This document shows, piece by piece, positions 37,520 to 50,829 of a stretch of DNA of 64,000 bases; position 1 is the stretch's first letter, and each line of letters begins with the position of its first letter. The position numbers and the translations under genes were made by a program. The DNA is taken from positions 53,444,001-53,508,000 of the forward strand of contig NC_043012.1 of assembly GCF_006345805.1 (NCBI RefSeq), in the 5' to 3' direction. The notes under the pieces are model-generated. The model was not told the origin of the DNA and did no database searches. It saw only the letters and a program-made list of their open reading frames with translations. This stretch comes from Octopus sinensis (lineage: Eukaryota).

Positions 37520-38030
37520 ATTGGTGTTGTGTAAAACCCAGATCAACCAGTAAAGGCTTCACGCTCTAAAATATTTTCTTATGTATTAGTTTCTCATTTT
37601 AGGTTCTAGATTTGATTTTCGTTTCGTTTATTTATAGTAATACATTATGAAAATAGCAAGCATTTGATTCTCATAAAAGCGTTTCTCATTACGAAGAATG
37701 ATCTATAATAGAAGCGGAAAGTTCGTCATCAATCATGGTATCTACAAGAAATATAGTGCTTCATAACATCTTAGAATATGTGGCTTCATTAAAACCAGAA
37801 TTATGCATTTTATAACACATTGCGTAGTTGTATAATTATTGGATACATTGATAACATGTTTATTCATTCACAGATCTCATAACTCTCTATAAAACATTTA
37901 TGAGAGAACTAGAACATCAAAAAGCAAGCTGTTTAAATACGCGTTAGCCTCGAATATAAAGGATGCTACAACTGCCCTTGGTGAGTATTGCCATATGTGG
38001 AACAATCTATGTATATCTAACTGGGTAGAA
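37520..38030 (+). repeat. Unclassified paralogous block, copy 4
   Basis: ctagatttgattttc shared with 26103; long colinear match to 29940-30340. Confidence 0.72.
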
Positions 38031-38319
38031 TTATTGAAAATTAAGTGTTTTGGCTAGAACACTTAACGTTTAGAACAGGAGTACAAGAAAGAACATACCT
38101 AGCAGAGATCTTTGTGATTTGAATTACCACACTTCCCTGACTCCTATAAACTTCGACTTTCTTGTAGAAACAACGTTCCTTGATTTTGTTGCTTAACCTC
38201 AAATCATTGCTGATCGAACATACTTGTGTTCTAAGTAATTCCAACCATGACCATCGCATCTTGAACTCAGACACCGCATATCTATGACTACATTGTACTC
38301 TTTTACTCTCTTACTTGTT

Positions 38320-38706
38320 TCAATCATTTGACTGCGACCATGCTGGAGCACCGCCTTTAGTTGAGCAAATCGACCCCAGGACTTATTCTTTGTAAGCCTA
38401 GTACTTATTCTATCGGTCTGTTTGGCCGAACCGTTAAGTTACGGGGACTAAACACACCAGCATCGGATGTCAAGCGATGTTGGTGGCACAAACACAGACA
38501 CACTAACACACACACATATGCATGTATACATATACATATATACGACGGGCTTCTTTCAGTTTCCGTCTACCAAATACACTGACATGGCTTTAGTCGACTC
38601 GAGGCTATAGTAGAAGACACTTGACCAAGGTGCCATGCTGTGGGACTGAACCCGGGACCATGTGATTGATAAGCAAGCTACTTACCACACGGCCACTCCT
38701 CCGCCT
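38320..38706 (-). mobile_element. SINE family A, full length
   Basis: Complete body with (GTAAAAGA)-type tail. Confidence 0.88.
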
Positions 38707-39050
38707 ACTTTAGGACCGACTGACACGTGCTCGACCACCGTTGGCATGAAACCATTCTCCATTTCGGTCTTCGAAGGTCTCGTTCGAATATTTGCTACTA
38801 CCTATTTATCTTTTATGTTTTACTTGTTTGGTTCATTAGACTGCGGCCATACTGCAGCACAAACTTGAAGGGTTTAGTCGAACAAATCGTCCCTAGTATT
38901 TATTCAAAGAGAAAGTTTAGCACTTACTCCATCGTTCACTTTTTGCCGAACTGCTATTTACGCAGACATAGATACACATATACATACATGCATACTTAGA
39001 TACATTTACACCTGTATGTATGTATGTATGTATGTATGTATGTATGTATG

Positions 39051-39120
<70 letters not shown>

Positions 39121-41009
39121 AATCTTTCAGTTTCCGTCTACCAAATCGACTCTGAAGTCTTTGGTTAATAGTAGAGCAACAGTAAAGCACACTTAGCCGA
39201 GGTACCACGAAGTGGGACTGAACCCAGTACCATTTGGGTGGGAAGCAAAAGATATTTGAGAAGTACTTGTTAGCTCCTTAGAATAGGGTAGCAAATCCAA
39301 ACTTAATCATTATTGAAATTTTCACCCAGTAATGAGTATTTGCTCCGAAATGTTTATTCATTTGTCTATATATTTTGTTTTGTTTATTTTATTCTATGAG
39401 AGCTTATTGACTGTTGTCTTCGCTATCTGCAAGCTGTGACCCAAAACATTCTTAGTTAAATCATTCACAACAAATCTTTTATCATGCACTTAACAGATGT
39501 CTATTTCTTATCTGCAAGCTACGATGCATTAACTCTTATTTTTTAAACAAATACATGCAGCAGAATAAAACTGGTGCAGTGCTGTTTCTGGGTGGTCCAT
39601 TTTATTGGAACTGTAAACAACCATGCTAAGCGCATAGAATAACCATAAACTAGAATTCTTAATACCAAAATTGATAATGGAATACTCCTAGCACTCAAAG
39701 ACGATACAATAGTAATTTCACTTTTTTATTTACCAACTCGTATTGTCACATTTTATCGTTAAAAAAGATAGGCTTTATTGTATAATGTAGTTTTTGTGGT
39801 AGAAAATATTGTAATGCCAAAATTTTACTTCCTTTTTCTTCCTACTCCCTCGCTCTCCCTCTCTCTCATCTCTCTCTCTTTCCTTCTCCCTGAAAACAAG
39901 TGCATATTAGCACAATAATATTTGCAGTGGTGCTCTTCCCATTAAACCTTTCATTAACCGCAACATTCACTTGACTTTAGTTTCACAAGCATAGATAAAA
40001 ACGCTTTTACACGTCACGAATTATTTATTTATCAAAGTGTCCTTGAGCCAAGCAAATCAAAATGTTGACACAAGACTAAACCGTTCTGCTTAATTTCAAA
40101 CACGATAAGAAACCTCAACAACTTCACTTCACTCCTGGGGTTTCAGATTGCGATAGACACCTTTAAAACGGCTGAGAACAGTAAGACCAAACTCAACTGA
40201 TTTGAAGAACTTGTTTATTTCTAGTATATCCATGTTGTTTAAAATATATTTTAACTAGCTACAGATGTTTATAAAACTCAGATTTATCTACAGATACTTC
40301 AGTTAAGTAAATCAGCGACTAGATAGTTAATAATGTACTTATTTAAAACATTTTCCTGCACCTACATCCGCATTACTGTTATATAAACTGTTTTGCATCA
40401 CTCATTGATTACACAATTGGATGTTACAGTATATATATATCCATCTGCATTATCTTATCTCATCATCATTTAACAAAAGAAGCAGGTTTTGTAATGAATA
40501 TTATACATCCGACTTAATATGTATGTGTTGGGTATAACGCCGGAAGCTGCGGTAATCGCCCAGAGAAATCATCTCATATAGACGGAAGGTGCTACAGAAG
40601 CACAGATTACATCTGCAAACGAATTTTTCGTCAGCCCCAGTGTAAATGACGCTTGCTCAGCAAAACGCATCCAAACATCGTATGCGTGAGCAAAAATCTG
40701 TGAAACCGCTGTTCAACTAAATCGGTTTATCGGATTTTCAACTTAGCATTCGGTGGTAAGGTTCTTGTTGCTAAGGTAGCGCAATCTATGTTGAAATCAC
40801 ATGATGCAGCAGTCCTGTCAGATGTTGCTGACGATATCTAACATCTGTACGAAATGATTTCTGAGAACAATTAATGCAGCCTACATCAGCCAAAGCAGTA
40901 CATCCACAAACATATACACACATACACACACACACGCGCACACACATACACACACACACATACATATATATGTGTGTGTTTGTGTGTATATATATATACA
41001 TATACATAT

Positions 41010-41177
41010 ATACGACGAGTTTCTTACAGTTTCCGTCTGCCAAATCCACTCACAAGGCTTTGGTCGGCCCAAGGCTATAGTAGAAGACACTTGCCCAATG
41101 TGCCACGCAGTGGGAATGAACCCAGGAGCATGTTGTTGGTAGGCAAGCTACTTACCACACAGCCACACCTGCGCCTA
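41010..41177 (-). mobile_element. SINE family A, 5' half
   Basis: tacgacgag..ttaccacacagccacacctgcgcctat. Confidence 0.8.
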
Positions 41178-41267
41178 TAAATATTTAAGAAATATTTTAA
41201 CTATTGTCAGTGCGTTTTCAACTTCTATTTTTCCTATATTTCTACTAGTTTAGTAGAAAATAACTTT

Positions 41268-41299
<32 letters not shown>

Positions 41300-41929
41300 C
41301 ACGATACATGTCTTTAAGTACAACTAATAGTTTTCAAGCACAAACTACATATCGTAATGAACCAAAAGAAACTGAATAAGAAATGAAACACTAAAAGCTA
41401 AGACAGCAGCATATAAAAGGTTAAAAAACGGGAAACGGAAAAGTAAAAAATATAAAAAGTAAAAAGTAAAAAAAATATAAAAGTGTTAGACCTTAAAATA
41501 TAAGGCTGGAATGTATGTATGTATGTATGTATGTATGTATGTATGTATGTATGTATGTATGTATGTATTATGTATGTATGTATGTATGCATGTATGTATG
41601 TATGTATGTTTGTATGTATGTATATATGTATGTATGTATTTATGTATGTATGTATCTATGTATGTACATGTACGTTCGTATTTAAGTATGTGCATAATAT
41701 AAGTATACTTATATGCATTTATATATATATAGAACATACATGGACAACACCAGATACTGCACTCTGACGAAAGTGAAGTATGCACAATACTGAAGCGGTT
41801 GGATTATGTGCTCACCTCATATGCAATGAGCGTTAAAACTAGAAAGTCTTAGAGTCTCCAACTACAGGAAGGTAAAGAAGCGCATAGAGTTTCATTCTCA
41901 GTAGTCAATCAGCCCATTCCGGCGTTGGC

Positions 41930-42710
41930 AGAAGTACCAGTTGGGAGTCTTGAACCATGGTATAACAGCTCCCTTAATGACACTGAAGGAGGAAATGACA
42001 CCAACCATTTGGTTGGTCTCATTTCCTCTTCTTCTGCAGACATTAGACTAAAGTGGCCTCACTGAATTCTATAGCGCCTGCGGTTCATGCTGATACCAAA
42101 TCTCTATTGGCCTTGACTGATACATGATATCCGAACTGCTATTGTGGAGGCTAGAATAAATTGATACACAACTAAATGACTTGACATCCCATCTAATCTC
42201 TGTTGCCTTCCGCTCAATCCAAATAAGGGTGAAGTGACCTCTAAGTCAATCTTAGATGAATACAAGGCTAGAAAAGCAAGACACTTGGTGTATACTTTAG
42301 GGTTCCAGCGATAGAGTCGTAAGAAACTTTCAACCCAAGCTGAAAACTAACAGGAAACATAAGGTTCAGGGGGCAGTGAATACAGTGAAATCGAGAACTG
42401 AGTTCAGAGAAATAATGGATACTCTGAGACTAGTAGACAGAGAATAGGTTCGAGGAAATGGGGTTCCAATGTAATAGGAATATCTAGGAGGGACCGAGAA
42501 TGTTAAGAGAATCCAGAAGGGAGTCCACCAAGGCCAACATGAACAACGTGGGACAGTGCAACCTAGAGACGTGGCTACTCTTAGAGTTAGCTTTATCTTC
42601 AGGTTCGTATGTGAACTCCTGCCCTCAAATAAAAACCTGGAGAGGCAGAAAAAATTGAGTCATCCTATGAGCCCACTCTGCCATGGTAAACAAACGATGG
42701 AGGAGATTAA
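41930..42710 (+). pseudogene. Degraded RLE-type LINE fragment, HERO/NeSL-like
   Basis: SILDEYKARKARHL...QGQH...LRVSFIFRFVCELLPSNKNL...HPMSPLCHGKQTMEEI resembles the post-RT and CCHC region of HERO-like elements. Confidence 0.6.
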
Positions 42711-43013
42711 GGAGTTAGTTGGGTGCTGATGGAGGAAAAAATCTCCCAAATATAGCATAAACACTCATTACCCTTTTTTTCATTTTCGATCCCATTGTTT
42801 GTTTACAACTGACGTCTTGAATAGGGAAACGCCGTAACAAAAATTAGTGATAGCTATTATTTCTATAGAATATCTGTGCAGATAACCTTAGCAAGTAAAG
42901 TAAAGAGCACTGCTAACGCAGGAGAACACGGTGTTGACTTATAAAGACATGTAATATGCGTTATGGAATGTTATGGTTGCATAACGACATACTGCGAGCT
43001 GCAACTCACCAAT

Positions 43014-43071
<58 letters not shown>

Positions 43072-43601
43072 TGTATGTATGTATGTATATACGTATGTAT
43101 GTTTGCTTCCATTTTATTTTATTCACTACCTCAGAAACATTCTTTGAGACGTTGTTCTTTCACGCATTCCCCCTCCGTACACCGGATTATAAAACCTCCT
43201 ACAGTTCTCAGCCATAATTGTGAAACTCTTGGCAGAAATTCTCAGATTTATGTGGATAGATTTGTATACGCGCATCTCATTGGTTGTTCGTTCTCCTAAG
43301 AGGAATAGTTGGTGAAGTGAAATAAAATAAAATAAAATAAAATGAAATTCGATATCATATAATGTTTTTAAATTTATTTCATTCGGTTTACTTCAGTTTT
43401 TGCTTTATCTCATTATATCTATAAAGTTCTTCATGTTCGTATACAAGAGCAGCAGTTTCGATGTTGGTTTAAACTCTTCAGTAGTTACGTATCTATTACG
43501 TCGTTCACATCACAATTGAAAACATTTGATAAAGAGGATAACAGAAGCCTGCAAAGAGTATTTGCTGGAAATATTTAACCAAGAAATAAATATACAGATG
43601 T

Positions 43602-43662
<61 letters not shown>

Positions 43663-44214
43663 CGTGCGCGTGCGTGCGTGTGTGTGTGTGTGTATGTAGG
43701 TGTGTGTGTGTGTGTGTGTGTGTGTGCACTAAACTAAAGATTAAACGAAATATCAATCTTATCATTTTCATTTCACAGAATATCAAAAGCTAGGATAAAT
43801 TTCACGAAGCACAATAGAATTCGTTATTGAAATCTTCGATCGCGAAGATATTTAGGAACGAATATGGAGTAAAAGTAACGGAGTTGACAATGCTAGAGAG
43901 CGAGATGTAACTAGATTATAGGGAGATAATACAGGAATGTCAAAAGAGAAAAATAATGAAGATAGAGCACAATAAAAGACAGAGTGGTAATGAGATAATT
44001 AGAAGAAAAGAACATGTAAGATACGTATGTACTTATACAATGTATACACACACATACACACACACACCACACACACACACACACACATACAGAGTATGCT
44101 AGTTAAATTGTCACCATTTTATATTTTTAACTTCACTTCACGCATGCACATTGTTTGTTTTTTATTTTGTCGAATACACAGTATCGTAGGGTCAGTTGGG
44201 CACAGCTCCAAGAC

Positions 44215-44810
44215 ACAATTCACTCTGCCATAAATTTGAAATCGACATACTGTACTGCTTGGCATTCGCACCAGATGCTTACACACAAGCACAAAACAAT
44301 CGTTGGCGTGCCATGTCCCCAAAACATGTACTGAGAACGATAAAAATTAAACATCATGGAGATGGGAGTGATCACTAATGATGGCAGTGTTATACCTCCA
44401 TTCATTTTCCCACACGACCTCAGACTCAATCGGAGTGCTTGGAGAAGGTAGTGCTGACCTGGGTCAAGAGGGTGGCTGACAGAAGACCCAATGTGTGGAA
44501 CAGGAATTTTGCACCATGCCACATAGGCAGGAGAACCTAGTCATGGCTGTCATGCAATTTCTGTAACCACACCACTACTAACATCTGGCCACCAAACTCC
44601 CTAGACTGCAATCCCCTTGATCATTATGTTTAGGGCTCAGTTGAGCGAGAGACCAACAAAGCTCCCCGTAAAACCAAAGATGGACTGAAGGCAGGGATTA
44701 TGGCAGCATTTACCAACTTTGAGAAGGAGACTGTCGAGAAGAATTGTAAGATATTCCGAAGTCGTCTGGAAGTCGTGGTTGAAACAATGGTGAATTTATT
44801 GAGCAAAGTT
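44215..44810 (+). pseudogene. Tc1/mariner transposase remnant with DD37D (maT-like) spacing
   Basis: QNNRW..., PPFIFPH, APCH..(37 aa)..WPPNSLDCNPLDHYV*GSVERETNK, FRSRLEVVVE; several stops and frameshifts. Confidence 0.85.
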
Positions 44811-44868
44811 GCGTTTTAATATTTTAAGATATTCTTGTGTAATGTCCGTGTTATTTCGTTATTGCCTA

Positions 44869-44907
<39 letters not shown>

Positions 44908-44969
44908 GTGTGTGTGTGTTGGTATGTGTGTGTGTGTGTTTGTATGTGTGTGTATTAATAATATCTGCA

Positions 44970-45270
44970 GTAATGGCTCAAGGGCCAGAACGTCCAGAAT
45001 GGAGGATAGAGGCAATCCTTGGCGTACGATGCTGAACCGCACGATGCTGAACGACTCTAAAAGGTGACCGTTCATCCGAACTACCGATTTAATTTTTCTG
45101 TATAAGACAATAATCCAACCACGGAAATCCGAGTCAAACTAAGCCGCTTCGAAGACTCCCGCAAGATAGCGATGGTCATCCCTATAGAATGCTTTAGACT
45201 GATCTAAATTTATCAGTACCTCTCCCATGCCAAGATTATTAACCAATTTGTCGTATATTTCTGGGTGTTT
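44970..45270 (-). pseudogene. Short Tx1/L1-type RT fragment
   Basis: LINLDQSKAFYRDDHRYL...VRMNGHLLESFSIV..VRQGLPLSSILDVLALEPLL; paralogue of 12820-13010. Confidence 0.8.
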
Positions 45271-45587
45271 TCTGGGTTCCCCTCCTCCTGTTCACGACAG
45301 GAAGTGCTGGGAACATTTCTTAGTACAATAAGAGCCTGTTCTTATTGAGGGGTGTGTCTATATTTTGGGTGGGAGCCATCATTTCAAAAAAATGTATGTA
45401 AATTACACAAGAAGCTGCAAATAAGTTCAATTCGATATTTCCCTTGCTAAGCAGGTTTAGAATCGATACTGCAAAAACTTCAGAAACAATAACACAATTT
45501 AGATCGAAAAATAGTAGAACTCAAGAGAAGAGTCGGTCGGTCGAAATTGTCGAAAACGAATCCGTCGTTTAACGGCTGCGGAGCCAT

Positions 45588-45623
<36 letters not shown>

Positions 45624-45873
45624 GTGGAAAAAAAGTCAAGGTAGAAAATTCTAAAATAATTTTACAAAAACATTTCAGACCGGTTTCAGTCATTGAGATT
45701 TTTTCAACTGTAAGTATGGAAAACAATTAAATTTTGGAAAAGTTTAAAAGAAAAGATTTTTAAAGAGTATTTGCATAGTATTCAAATACAAGGGGCATTT
45801 TCCTTGTTTCTACCTGGCTCTGTCTCTCTTGTTTACTCTTGTGGGTTCGAGGTCATTGTGGATTCTTGGCAGA

Positions 45874-45963
45874 GAAGAAGAAGAAGAAGAAGAAGAAGAA
45901 GAAGAAGAAGAAGAAGAAGAAGAAGAAGAAGAAGAAGAAGAAGAAGAAGAAGAAGAAGAAGAA
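45874..45963 (+). repeat. Pure (GAA)~30 tract
   Basis: Direct reading. Confidence 0.95.
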
Positions 45964-46478
45964 GGAAGACGAGGACGAGGAGGAGAATGCGGGAGTGCCA
46001 TGATAGTAGTAAGATGATAAATGGTCAAGTGCCCTGAATGTGACTCGTTGTGGATGGTAGTAGTGATTGAGCTCTTGAGACATCTCTTTTGAATGTATTG
46101 TTTTTAATATCTGCGTAGGTGTTATTCTAAACAGGTAAGGAAATGTGGTGGCGGAGAGGAAGAAGACGAAGAAGAAGGGGAAAGAGAAGATAATAATAAA
46201 GAGAATAATAAAAGATGCAGGTGGTATGATAACAGTAGGATATTAAATGGTCAAGTGACCTAAAAGTAGTTCCTTATGAATTATAGCAGTGATTGGGATT
46301 GTTTTTCTTTATGAATTCTTGTGTATCGCTTGGATGTATCATTTTTAATATTTGCGTGTGTGTTTGTGTTATTATAAGGTCGTGGTGGATACTTCGTTTG
46401 TTGTAGATGCGTTCAAAAGGGGTCTGTAGTTTGTAATGAGGAGAGTCTCTTTACTAATTCGTTGGCTACAGCTTGTTT

Positions 46479-46548
<70 letters not shown>

Positions 46549-47751
46549 TATATATATATATATATGAAAACAATTGGTATTGACATATACATTGCATACA
46601 AATGTATTCAAGGCAATACATTGCTCATGTGTATCTTTATAGTGAGTTTCTGGTGGTTATCGAGCCTTGGCCCTGACTTTAGCAAGTGGCATTATATACC
46701 CTAATCTATCTATCTATCTATCTATCTATATATCTATATATGCACATACAGAGAGTGAGAGGGAAAGAAAGAGATAGATAGATGGATAAATAGAGAAAAT
46801 GAAAGATAGATACAAAAAAGAGAAAGAGAGAGAGATACGCGTATATTTATATACAAGCGCGTGCGTGTGTATATCTGTGTGTACGTAGAAACGCAAGCAA
46901 CATGGCAGCTATGTATATTCATAAAGGCATGTGAGGAAGGAAGTGACAGTTAAAAAATCGATTAAGAAAAATGATGTGTGACAAGAAACAGGTTGTTGTA
47001 GTTGTAAATCCTAAATTAGCTCAGATTCAGCAATAAGCACAACATCATATTTTCTAGTATGCCACTTGAAACAACCCACAAATCCATTCTTCCACGGTCA
47101 CTATGACTTTGCCTAAACGAGGACCATAGTGTTGTGCAGTGAAGAATTGTATGGGGTGCAGTGTGACATTCTGGACTTGCTTTGCTCTCTTCACTCTGCG
47201 TGTACAGAGTTATTCCAAAGTCTACGAAGAAGTTTCCAACGCAGTACTGTCGTCTACTAGAATTTGAAAATAAATCTGCTTCAAAATTCATGCAAGTAAT
47301 TTAAACGTAGAGAAAATATTGTGTGGATGAATACAGAATAGAATGTACTAGAAAAAAGAAGGCTAGGACACTGATGTTTTAGAGAATGCTCGCTCGATGA
47401 AAATTCGACTCGCAGAAAAGCAAAGGAAAAAAAGTTTATAGAGATCTGTCAATGAAAAATACATCAAAGCGTATGCGAGGGGACAAATGCAATCAGGTAT
47501 TGAGACAAAACAAACATATGTCCACACTACGCATGCGTATGCGTAGAGATAGCAAGGACAGAAAGGTAATCAAGGATCACGGCTTCTCTCAATAATGACG
47601 GTAGAAGCAAGAAGAGGTCGTGACTGTGAGGATTGATATAATTAGAAGGAAGATATTTGTTCGATAATGCATTAATGAAACAAACATTCGAATGGCGTTT
47701 CTTCAGTCTTCAGATATGAGGTATTACTTGTTACAATTAAAGCCATATAGA

Positions 47752-47968
47752 AAGGCTGCGAGCTGGCAGATTCGTTACTACGCCGGGAGAAATTCTTAGC
47801 AGCATTTCGTCCGTCTTTACGTTCTGAGTCCAAGTTATACCGAGGTTGATTTTGCCTATTTTCCTTTTGCAATTGATAAAATAATTACCAGTTACTCACT
47901 GGGGTCGATGTAATCGACTTACCCACTTCTCTGAAACTGATGACCTTGTGACAAAATTTGATACCAAT
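47752..47968 (+). mobile_element. SINE family B variant
   Basis: ggctgcgagctggcagattcgtta head; cactggggtcgatgtaatcgacttaccc tail. Confidence 0.7.
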
Positions 47969-48129
47969 GATTAACGTCACATATCAGAAGATGAACAGGG
48001 AAGTGGCTTGACAAAAAGTCCACTCACGATTTTGGTGGCACCTTGAAATTTGTTTCAACATTGCAAACATGTGACTGTTTTTTTAATGTGTATATCAAGG
48101 TCTGTTTGGCCAGTGTATCATTCCCTTAA

Positions 48130-48625
48130 TACATCATCATCATTCATCATCATTGTTCGACCGTGGTCGAGACAATGGAATTTACCATGTTGCGCCAGAC
48201 TTCACGGTCCATCATAGCATTACGGAGGTCCTGTTGCTGGATGCCTGTATCCCTGGAGATTATATCAGGGTAGGAGAGTGTGAGCCCTCTGGTGTTGCGT
48301 GTAGATGGCTTCCAGAGGAGAAGAGTAGAAATTATTTATTTTTCAGCTCTACAACAATGTCCAGCAAATTGGACTCTCCTACCTTTCACAAGAGATGACA
48401 CAGGTGGTAATTTCCCATATATTTGCATTTTAGTTGGATGGCGCCTCCACGAGAGATTTTGAGCTCTCATAAGGAGGCGAGTGTAGGTTCCATCCAACCG
48501 CCTCTCAAGCTTCTTTGATAACGTCCAGGTTTCTGAGCCATATAGTAGAATTGGTTCGACTGTGGCTTTCAATATTTCAAGTTTGAAGTCTCTACTTAGA
48601 TTTGATGACCAGATGCATGTCATAC
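48130..48625 (-). pseudogene. RTE-clade LINE 3' end with (TGA)n tail
   Basis: IWSSNLSRDFKLEILKATVEPILLYGSETWTL...RVQFAGHC...; stop followed by tgatgatgaatgatgatg. Confidence 0.85.
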
Positions 48626-49911
48626 AGTAAATACAGTAAAGCATGGTTTGAGAGAAATTGGTTGTTATTTCTAGTCGATTGAGCAACAGCACAAAGGCTA
48701 ACTCAACATTGAAGTATATGTGGATATTGAATAATTAGCTTAAATTGTGTGTAACTGGAGTTTACTATTATGAACATGTGCAAGTGTAGTCCTGAAGATA
48801 AATGCACAAGCATAGTTTATGTAACGGGAGCGTTTGAAAGGTCAAGACTAGGTGCAGCGAGCGACATGGGAGCTCCCGAACAAAATACTTCAATTGTTCT
48901 CCCTTGTCAAGGAAAAGTCAAAATGTCCGCTAATGGTTACTGGATATGCTCCAAAAGGAAAGAAGTGGTAAGCACTGAAAAGTTTAATGAACAAGGGATT
49001 GTAAGATATGAACTGACAGGCGGAAAATTAGCATGAAAGAGGAGAATGTTCTCATGGATGTATGTGGGGAGACTATGTTTGTATGTATTAGGGGTGTGAT
49101 GTTTCTGTTTATTATTCATATTAGGTCAACATGCAAAGATGGGTTGCATTTCCCAGATATAAAAGGAAAGTTGCTTACCCTATCATTGTGTCTTCGTTGC
49201 TTTTTTAAAGTGACCTTCACATTAACATCCGCATAGCATGTTTGTTTCCACTGCACACAAACTCTCCCATCATATTATTGTGATCTAACACAACTCGCTT
49301 TCTACACAAATGAGAACCCTACCCAAACTTAGGGATTCTCATTCTCTTTTGGTAGAAGAGCATGTTAAATATTATAAATTTTATTCAAAGGATACGTTAC
49401 CGAAGTAGACCAGCTAAGATTTTCTTAATTTCCTGGGGTTCATATGTTTTTACTTTAAAAACAATCCATACAAATTTCCCATATAAATGAACTAAAATAA
49501 ACAGAGGCCTGTAGGTAACATAACAAGAGAAGAAGCCAGTTGATATGTCAAGGTTAGACAGGGCTTTTAGCTCTTCCTGTTATTCTTTGTACATATTGCG
49601 AAATTGCTGCACTTTCAATAAAGACTTCAAAATGAAATTACAGTTTGCAGATTTCCTGCATATCACATATGTTATCATTCACGCTGTGTCTTCCTGTTCT
49701 GACAACAACTCGACTTACAAGGAATGATTAATAACCACCAGTATTCGGTAAATGAGTAAATAATGAAATATCTTTTAAGACTGTGAAGATTATGTCATCT
49801 CTCCCAATAAAACTGCCTTCATAATAAATTAAGAATTCTTCTAATAACAATACTCATTTACTACCACTACTACTACTACTACTATTACTACTAATAATAA
49901 TAATAATAATG

Positions 49912-49942
<31 letters not shown>

Positions 49943-49971
49943 TACTCATTTACTACTACTACTACTAATAC

Positions 49972-50015
<44 letters not shown>

Positions 50016-50068
50016 ATGATGGTTTCTAGCATTTTTTCTATTGAAGATAAGTCATAATGATGATGACA

Positions 50069-50096
<28 letters not shown>

Positions 50097-50099
<3 letters not shown>

Positions 50100-50215
50100 G
50101 GAGGAGGGGAAGGAGGAGGAGGGGAAGAATGGGGAGGGGAAGGAGGAGGGGAAGGAGGAGGAGGGGAAGAAGGGGGAGGGGAAGGAGGAGGAAGGAGAGG
50201 AGGTGGATAGTTTCC
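50097..50215 (+). repeat. Polypurine G-rich low-complexity tract
   Basis: Eight runs of four or more G separated by A/G spacers. Confidence 0.85.
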
Positions 50216-50475
50216 AGTATTTCCATTTCTATTGAAATTCTATGTTTAACTGCTGAAGCAATAACTTTGGAATTTGATTTCCCTCTATTTGGTGCATTAA
50301 ACCTGAATCTAGTGCCTGTATCCACATCGAAAATTTAATAATTAACACCATCTTAACTCGTATAACTTTACTCCTTCCACCATATATATATATATATATA
50401 TTTGCATGTATATATATATGTATATATGTGTGAGTGTGTGCGTATATATGCACATACACACGCACACACACACAT

Positions 50476-50529
<54 letters not shown>

Positions 50530-50542
<13 letters not shown>

Positions 50543-50740
50543 TCGCCATGATAAATCGTTAGCCACTACACACATTTTTTTCCTCTTCTTGTTTCTCTCC
50601 TTGTTTTTTCTGTGTCCCTTTCTGTAGAAGACCGTCGGCACGAAACGTAAAAGACTTTTTCTATTCCTGAGCGCTATACTAATACATCTGTTTGTTTTGT
50701 ACACCATCTGTCTTCGTCTTTTGTTTTTTTCGTAAACTCT

Positions 50741-50745
<5 letters not shown>
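50530..50745 (+). mobile_element. PLE pseudo-LTR with degraded hammerhead (50618-50653)
   Basis: CTTT-CTGTAGA-A-...-GAAAC-GTA-AAAG; flanked by (TA)n on both sides. Confidence 0.6.
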
Positions 50746-50776
<31 letters not shown>

Positions 50777-50829
50777 ACACACCGTGATCGAGATACACAT
50801 ATCTGCTCCGACTGTTGATCTCTTCCGAC

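Noticed and set aside
41764-41800. CTGACGA..ACT-GAAG hammerhead near-miss
   Set aside because: GAAG instead of GAAA, and no stem I or cleavage triplet.
47040-47270. Protein-like frame IVLCSEELYGVQCDILDLLCSLHSACTELFQSL
   Set aside because: Bounded by stops, no usable donor, and no recognised family.
49843-50014. (TAC)n/(TAG)n fold-back and 91 bp duplication
   Set aside because: Short arm; explained by ordinary microsatellite slippage.
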